From assembly GCA_031367385.1 (NCBI GenBank), contig JANLPS010000204.1, positions 1 to 31,321 of the forward strand: DNA of 31,321 nt, written 5' to 3'. This stretch comes from Archangium sp. Its GTDB lineage: Bacteria; Myxococcota; Myxococcia; Myxococcales; Myxococcaceae. The notes beneath the pieces are model-generated. The model saw only the letters and a list, made by a program, of their open reading frames with translations, made no database searches and had not been told where the DNA came from. The position numbers and the translations under genes were made by a program. Positions 24,818 through 31,321 of the stretch are shown here, piece by piece (within the stretch, counting starts at the first letter, position 1; the number at the start of each line of letters is the position of its first letter).

Positions 24818-25501
24818 TCAGCCGTGCTTGACGTGCTGGCCGTACAAGCGCCCGCGTTGCTTCACCGACAGCAAATGAAACCGCGCCCGCAGCTCGGTTG
24901 TTTCGGCCTCGCTCAGATCACCCTCTTTGCCGAGGTGCTCGATTCGCCAGGCCACCGCGCGGGTCACGCACGACGCCGCGGCGACCGAGATGTTGAAGCT
25001 CTGCGTGAACCCGCCCATCGGTATCCAGAACACGCCGTCACACAGCGAGAGCACCTCTTCGGAGACACCGAAGCGCTCGTTGCCGAACACCATCGCGATC
25101 TTCTGATCGAACTTGAGGTCGAACAGGCTGGTCGCGCCGGGTTTGATCGCCGAGGCCAAGACGGTGAAGCCCCGGGCCTTGAGCGCCGCGTGGCAGGTGG
25201 CGAAGTCGTCGTAGCGGGTCAGATCGAGCCACTTGTCGCAGCCCTGGGTGACCTTCGAGTTCGGCGACCACGGCACCTCTTTGTTGCGAATGACATGAAC
25301 CTCTTGCAGGCCCATGCCCTCACAGGTGCGCAGCACCGCCGCCATGTTGAAGCTGTCTTCGAGTCGGTCGAGCACCACCGTCACGGTGCGGGTGCGGTGC
25401 TTGAGCACCTCGTCGATGCGCTCTTTGCGTGCATCGAGCAGCAGGTCTTCGGGCAAAGGGGAGCCCGCGGCCCGCTCGTATTTCGGCCCGCCGCCGCCCA
25501 T
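24818..25501 (-). CDS. trmH: SpoU/TrmH-family RNA 2'-O-methyltransferase (tRNA Gm18-like)
   Basis: VVLDRLEDSFNMAAVLRTCE, VFGNERFGVS, IPMGGFTQSFNISVAA. Confidence 0.85.
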   Translation of the reverse strand: MGGGGPKYERAAGSPLPEDLLLDARKERIDEVLKHRTRTVTVVLDRLEDSFNMAAVLRTCEGMGLQEVHVIRNKEVPWSPNSKVTQGCDKWLDLTRYDDFATCHAALKARGFTVLASAIKPGATSLFDLKFDQKIAMVFGNERFGVSEEVLSLCDGVFWIPMGGFTQSFNISVAAASCVTRAVAWRIEHLGKEGDLSEAETTELRARFHLLSVKQRGRLYGQHVKHG

Positions 25502-25502
25502 T

Positions 25503-27147
<1,645 letters not shown>

Positions 27148-27170
27148 GGAAGTTCAAATTCTCCGAAAAA

Positions 27171-27479
27171 TTAAGCGGCGATCGAGGTGATCTTCACCTC
27201 GGTGAAAGGTTGGCGATGACCGCGAAGCCGCGTCCATCCCTCTTTCTCTTTGCGAAAGTGCAGAACGCGGCGGGCCTTGGCCTGGCGCAGAATCTTGCCC
27301 GTCACTTTGGCGCCCGCGACCATCGGCTTGCCGACTTTCGGAGCATCAGTGCCGCCAACCATCAAGACTTCGTCGAATTTGACGTCGACGCCTGAGTCTC
27401 CGGCGATCTTCTCAATGCGCAACACATCGCCTTCGGCGACGCGGTACTGCTTTCCACCTGTGCGAATGACGGCGTACAT
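27171..27479 (-). CDS. rplU: 50S ribosomal protein L21
   Basis: [29 protein letters not shown]. Confidence 0.99.
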   Translation of the reverse strand: MYAVIRTGGKQYRVAEGDVLRIEKIAGDSGVDVKFDEVLMVGGTDAPKVGKPMVAGAKVTGKILRQAKARRVLHFRKEKEGWTRLRGHRQPFTEVKITSIAA

Positions 27480-27611
27480 GCTTCATTCCTCGAATCTTTG
27501 TGATGCGCACGAGCACGTGACGCGCTCGGAAAAGGGCTGCCTCTGTATGTCACCCGCCGCACCAAGGTCAAGCAGCGTTCACTGATCGTGCATCGAGCCC
27601 GACGCAAACAC

Positions 27612-28265
27612 TTACAACCGGTTGCCGCGACGTGGCTGATCGCTTTTCAACCACTCCCGCAGCGCAGGCACCACGGTCTTCTTCCACGCTGGGGTCGTTC
27701 GCACGGCGATGAACTGGGCGATCATCGCGTCGATGAGCCGCCCCAGCCTGTAGGTCAGCTCGAGCCGCTCGAGGCGCTGCTCGGCCTCTTCTTCTTGCAA
27801 TAATTCAGGCAACTTAGCCGCCCGCACGTCGAAGAACTCAGCGTCGAGGGTGACCTCGTACGACTGCTCTCCGTGCTCGAGCTGCAGCCGGGCGCCGTGC
27901 ACCAGCAGGCCGCGAATGGCCGATTGGCGAACGATGGTCGAATACGGAGCCGACACCCCCTTCACTGCGACCTCAGTCACTTCACCTGCCGCGGCCCGAA
28001 GCAACAGCTTGCCGGTGAACGTGGCTTTCAAGGGCAGGTCATCGACCTCGCACAGGTCCTCCGACGACTCGCTCTTCCACAAAATCCACGTCAGGGCTTC
28101 GCGGCCGAGCCAGGTTCGGCCCCGGTACAAGGCCTCGCGGGCCTTCGCTTGCTCGACTTGGGCGGGGTCTGCCTTCTCTTCAGTCGCGGCGCCGTCGACG
28201 CCGGTCTGACCGCGCATGAACTTGGTCTCGGCCGACGCAGGGCCCTTCTTTCGAGCGCCCATCAC
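27612..28265 (-). CDS. RdgC C-terminal-half-like protein
   Basis: LGREALTWILW motif, ARLQLEHGEQSYEVTLD, LERLEL helix; 4-nt overlap with the upstream RdgC-like gene. Confidence 0.6.
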   Translation of the reverse strand: MMGARKKGPASAETKFMRGQTGVDGAATEEKADPAQVEQAKAREALYRGRTWLGREALTWILWKSESSEDLCEVDDLPLKATFTGKLLLRAAAGEVTEVAVKGVSAPYSTIVRQSAIRGLLVHGARLQLEHGEQSYEVTLDAEFFDVRAAKLPELLQEEEAEQRLERLELTYRLGRLIDAMIAQFIAVRTTPAWKKTVVPALREWLKSDQPRRGNRL

Positions 28266-28873
28266 CGCACCTCCGAGAGCTCGAGGCCGAACAGCTCGGG
28301 CGTGGGAGCCAACCCATCGAGCACCTCAGGCGTCACGAACGACGCCGGCACTCTGGGCACCAGGCGCACCTCGAGCTGCTCTTCGAGGGCGATCTGCACC
28401 TCTTCGACGATGCCCCGCGAGGTGCCCCACACGAGAATCTCGTTGGTCTTCAATTCGAAGCTCACGTCGAGCACCTTCACCGATGGCTCGGTCTTCGCGC
28501 GCAGCGTCTTGCGAATCGCATCTTTCTGCTCACCCTTCTCTCGTCGCCCCGGGGCACGGCCGTTCTTGGCCTCGAACTTCTGCGCCCACACTGACAGCTC
28601 GCCCCGCATCGTCGACGCGGGTATGCGAATTTTCTCGACCCTCCATGAGAACAGCGCGTAGCCGCCGTCGAACACCGAGCCCGGAGCGAAGCCCGTCGCG
28701 CGATCGTCTTCGAGCTCGACGAACCCCGAGGCCCGGTCGTCATCACCCTTGGGGTCAATCGCTTCGAACGCCCGCGCGTTGAGCGCCTTGATCACCCAGC
28801 GGCGAACGTCTTTGGGTACGTCACCGAGCAGGCGGTAACGAGAACAGCTGATGGCACCACGGCGAATCGGCAT
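28262..28873 (-). CDS. Recombination-associated protein RdgC-like (N-terminal half)
   Basis: SRYRL..AFEAID..ASGFV..FSWRVEKIRIP..GRAPGRREKGEQKDAIRKTLRAK resembles the RdgC N-terminal pattern. Confidence 0.7.
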   Translation of the reverse strand: MPIRRGAISCSRYRLLGDVPKDVRRWVIKALNARAFEAIDPKGDDDRASGFVELEDDRATGFAPGSVFDGGYALFSWRVEKIRIPASTMRGELSVWAQKFEAKNGRAPGRREKGEQKDAIRKTLRAKTEPSVKVLDVSFELKTNEILVWGTSRGIVEEVQIALEEQLEVRLVPRVPASFVTPEVLDGLAPTPELFGLELSEVR

Positions 28874-28914
28874 GCGGCCTTCTGAGGGCTCGCGACCGAC
28901 GCGTCAAGAATCAA

Positions 28915-30213
28915 TCAGCCCAACACGTAGCGCTTGGCGAACAACACCTGGTCTTTCGAGTCGCGAAAGTCGACGTCGACCGCGTACTCGGCGACGTTGA
29001 AGTCGAAGGTGCTGTAGGTGTTGCGGCCGCTGGTGAAGTCCCACTGGGGGCCGAAGGGGTAGGCGGGCGAGGGGTTCGGGTCGCTCGAGCCGGGCCCGAC
29101 GAGCACTTCAAGCGCCTTCGCGCCCGGGCCTTGAAAATCGACCCGCCCCGCGAGACCCAAATGAAAGTCGCCCGAGACCCAGAGCACGCCGGGTATTTTC
29201 TTCTCGTCGACGTAGGTGAGAATCTCTTCGCGCTGCAGTGGGTAGCCCTCCCAGCGATCGGGCGAGAACGGCTGCCACAGCGCGCCGCCGAACGAGGTGA
29301 TGGGCACCGAGTTCATGATCACCTTGAACATCGCCGGGCTGCTCGAGAGCCGTTGCTTGAGCCACTCCATCTGCGCGGGTGAAATGTATTCTTTTGCCGA
29401 GGGCCGCCGTTCGCTGCGACAGTCGAGCACCAACACCTCGAGCGTCTTGCCGTACTGAATCGAGCGCCACACCCGGTCGGTCGCGTCGCGGCGCGTCGGT
29501 ATGCGCTCGAGAAAGGCGGTGCGTGCGGCGGCCAATTGCGTCGCCGGCAGCTTCTCCTCATTGGCGTCGTTGAGAATCTCGTGGTCGTCCCACGTCGCGA
29601 TGACGCTCTGCGCGGCTCGCGCGGCCACGTGCGGAGTCTGCGTCAGCCCCTCGTGCCACTTCGAGCGGTACTGCTCGAGCGTGGTCGACCCGTCGACGTA
29701 CACCGTGTCTCCCAGCAGCAAAAACGCACTCAAGTCAGTGCGTTCACCGACCCGCTCGAGCACCGGCATGGGGTTGGTCTGCCGCAGACAACTCACCGCA
29801 CCGATGCGCAGGTCATGAAGCCCCGACTCGGGGAAAGCGGTTCGAAATCGCCCGCGCTGGCTGCTGCGCTTGGGGTCGTCAGGGTCTTCAGAGAACACGT
29901 ATTCATAGGGCGTGTCGTCGAGCAGCCCATCGACCAGCACCTCGGCGAACCCGTTCTGCGACGGAGCGACGATGCGCGAATTGACCAGCTGGGTGCCTTT
30001 GTAGAGCGCCAGGGTGACAGGCGCGGTGCCCGTGTAGAGCGTCGAGAGCAACACCGAGTCGGTTCTCGCATCACCCGCGGTCACGCCAGTGGGGAACAAC
30101 GCGCTGGGCGCCACCGAATACACCCGAGGGCACGCCGCCACCGCGAGCGCGCCACCCAGCACCGCGCGACGGCTCAAACGTTTGACAATTGGGTTACGGG
30201 TTCGGAGAGTCAC
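28915..30213 (-). CDS. phoD: Alkaline phosphatase D (PhoD) family, Tat/lipoprotein signal
   Basis: SRRAVL..VAAC; FPTGVTAGD; LLGDTVYVD; TWDDHEI; LDCRSER; DRWEGY; SGDFH. Start uncertain (30177-30231). Confidence 0.9.
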   Translation of the reverse strand: MTLRTRNPIVKRLSRRAVLGGALAVAACPRVYSVAPSALFPTGVTAGDARTDSVLLSTLYTGTAPVTLALYKGTQLVNSRIVAPSQNGFAEVLVDGLLDDTPYEYVFSEDPDDPKRSSQRGRFRTAFPESGLHDLRIGAVSCLRQTNPMPVLERVGERTDLSAFLLLGDTVYVDGSTTLEQYRSKWHEGLTQTPHVAARAAQSVIATWDDHEILNDANEEKLPATQLAAARTAFLERIPTRRDATDRVWRSIQYGKTLEVLVLDCRSERRPSAKEYISPAQMEWLKQRLSSSPAMFKVIMNSVPITSFGGALWQPFSPDRWEGYPLQREEILTYVDEKKIPGVLWVSGDFHLGLAGRVDFQGPGAKALEVLVGPGSSDPNPSPAYPFGPQWDFTSGRNTYSTFDFNVAEYAVDVDFRDSKDQVLFAKRYVLG

Positions 30214-30215
30214 GC

Positions 30216-30758
30216 GTGCTCGCGCTGGCAACCCTACTCACGATTCTCTGCGTCGACCAACCACCTGCGCCGCCACCCAAGGCCCGAATCGCGTTGGTCG
30301 CGACCGGCGTGTCGATCCTCTCCGCGGCGGCGGGTACCGCGGCCGCCCTGGTCATCGAGCGAGCGCTCTTCGAAGCGCAGGGCGTGCCCCAGGTGGGGTG
30401 GTTCTCCCTCGCGGCCAGCATCGCGTTTCTGGCGACCGCCGCCTTGACCCACACCCTCGTACCCGCCGCGCTGCCGCTGGCCGATGGAGGCGAAGGCCGT
30501 GGCTCGACCGGCCAAGCCCGGCAACGCGGGTTTCTCGCGGCCCTGATTCCCCTCGGGGTTGGCACGCTGGGCTGCATCAGCATGCTCACCGGTTCAGCGC
30601 TCGAGAATGGGCGCTTCGGCTCGGGTCAGGCGTTCATCGCAGCGGGGTTGGTCGCGGCGGCCTTCTCGGCCATCGCGCACCAGATTCTCGAGATCGTCGG
30701 CGCCACGCGTGGGTACAGCGAAAGCTGGGCCCCTACTCTGCCGACGGTGCAGCCGTAG
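30216..30758 (+). CDS. Hypothetical multi-pass membrane protein
   Basis: GGAGAG SD before GTG 30216; four to five hydrophobic segments. Confidence 0.65.
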   Translation: MLALATLLTILCVDQPPAPPPKARIALVATGVSILSAAAGTAAALVIERALFEAQGVPQVGWFSLAASIAFLATAALTHTLVPAALPLADGGEGRGSTGQARQRGFLAALIPLGVGTLGCISMLTGSALENGRFGSGQAFIAAGLVAAAFSAIAHQILEIVGATRGYSESWAPTLPTVQP

Positions 30759-31321
30759 CAGCCAACTTGGCGCGCAGCACCGTGGCCTCTGAGGGAGACA
30801 AAATCGCCAATTGTTTCGAGCCATCAGAGCGGGTCACGCGAAGTGCGTCAGCGCCTTCGAAGCGGGCCCATTCGTAGAGCGCTCCGCTGCGAACGGCGTC
30901 GAGCAACGAGGCGATGCGTGGCGAGACCAGCCCCGAGACGGTCTTCTTGAGGCTCAGCATCGCCTCGAACGTTTCACCCGCGCGCAGGGCATTGAGCACC
31001 GCGTCTTTTCGGGCCTTGAGCACCGAGAACAAGGTCTGCGTCGCGCCGACCGAGAGCACCGCATCGCGAACGATGGTCGAGCTCGACACCACGCTGAACA
31101 CCTTGCTGCCCCGACGAATCAGCAACGGCGTGTGAATCGGCTCGACGTGCTGGCCTTGGTGCGGAGCTCGGAGCGAGACGCTCGACGAGGCGACGACGCC
31201 GCCGCGAAACTGGGCCTCCATCGCACCGAGCACCAGGTTCTCGCAGCGCACCCGGCCAGTCACCCACAGGCCGCCGATATCTCCGAGAAACACGTTACCC
31301 GTGACGACCAGGTCGCCGTCG
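30733..31321 (-). CDS. Hypothetical protein with beta-helix (bactofilin-like) repeats; 5' end beyond the window
   Basis: Frame stays open to the window end: DGDLVVTGNVFLGDIGGLWVTGRVRCENLVLG. Confidence 0.6.
   Translation of the reverse strand, partial: DGDLVVTGNVFLGDIGGLWVTGRVRCENLVLGAMEAQFRGGVVASSSVSLRAPHQGQHVEPIHTPLLIRRGSKVFSVVSSSTIVRDAVLSVGATQTLFSVLKARKDAVLNALRAGETFEAMLSLKKTVSGLVSPRIASLLDAVRSGALYEWARFEGADALRVTRSDGSKQLAILSPSEATVLRAKLAATAAPSAE

Noticed and set aside
27480..27575. L21-leader-type RNA upstream of rplU
   Set aside because: Only one short hairpin (CGAGCGCG-tca-CGTGCTCG); no evidence for a conserved leader

Overview
High-GC bacterial chromosomal segment, most likely Myxococcota (inferred from a TIGR02996-type protein, a lipoprotein with DAG/DSG-rich linker, split RdgC-like genes and a sigma-54 activator). 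It holds about 32 CDSs. No rRNA, tRNA, CRISPR array, transposase or integrase is visible. Left to right: ECF sigma factor with a ZAS-type transmembrane anti-sigma (partial); ICMT-like methyltransferase and two hypotheticals; Kbp-like BON-LysM-LysM protein; glutaryl-CoA-DH-like gene; serine-hydrolase-fold lipoprotein; SPFH/flotillin protein with 4 tandem N-terminal modules; an atypical sigma-54 activator heading an aromatic-acyl-CoA catabolic cluster (SDR, RidA, enoyl-CoA hydratase, acyl-CoA DH, then benzoate-CoA-ligase family and a creatininase variant) interrupted by a TIGR02996 protein and a glycosyltransferase; a secreted beta-barrel; DUF4139 protein divergent from LysR; the housekeeping run rplU-rpmA-obgE-trmH-lolA; a two-gene RdgC-like pair; PhoD; two hypotheticals. 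The most notable items are an 88-bp TA-flanked nested-palindrome element that supplies the stop codons of two convergent genes, a 23-bp palindromic tandem repeat at another convergent junction, the repeat-expanded SPFH protein, the catabolic cluster lacking its usual oxygenase, and the split RdgC. Family calls come from motif recognition by eye; no searches were run, so novelty is unproven.
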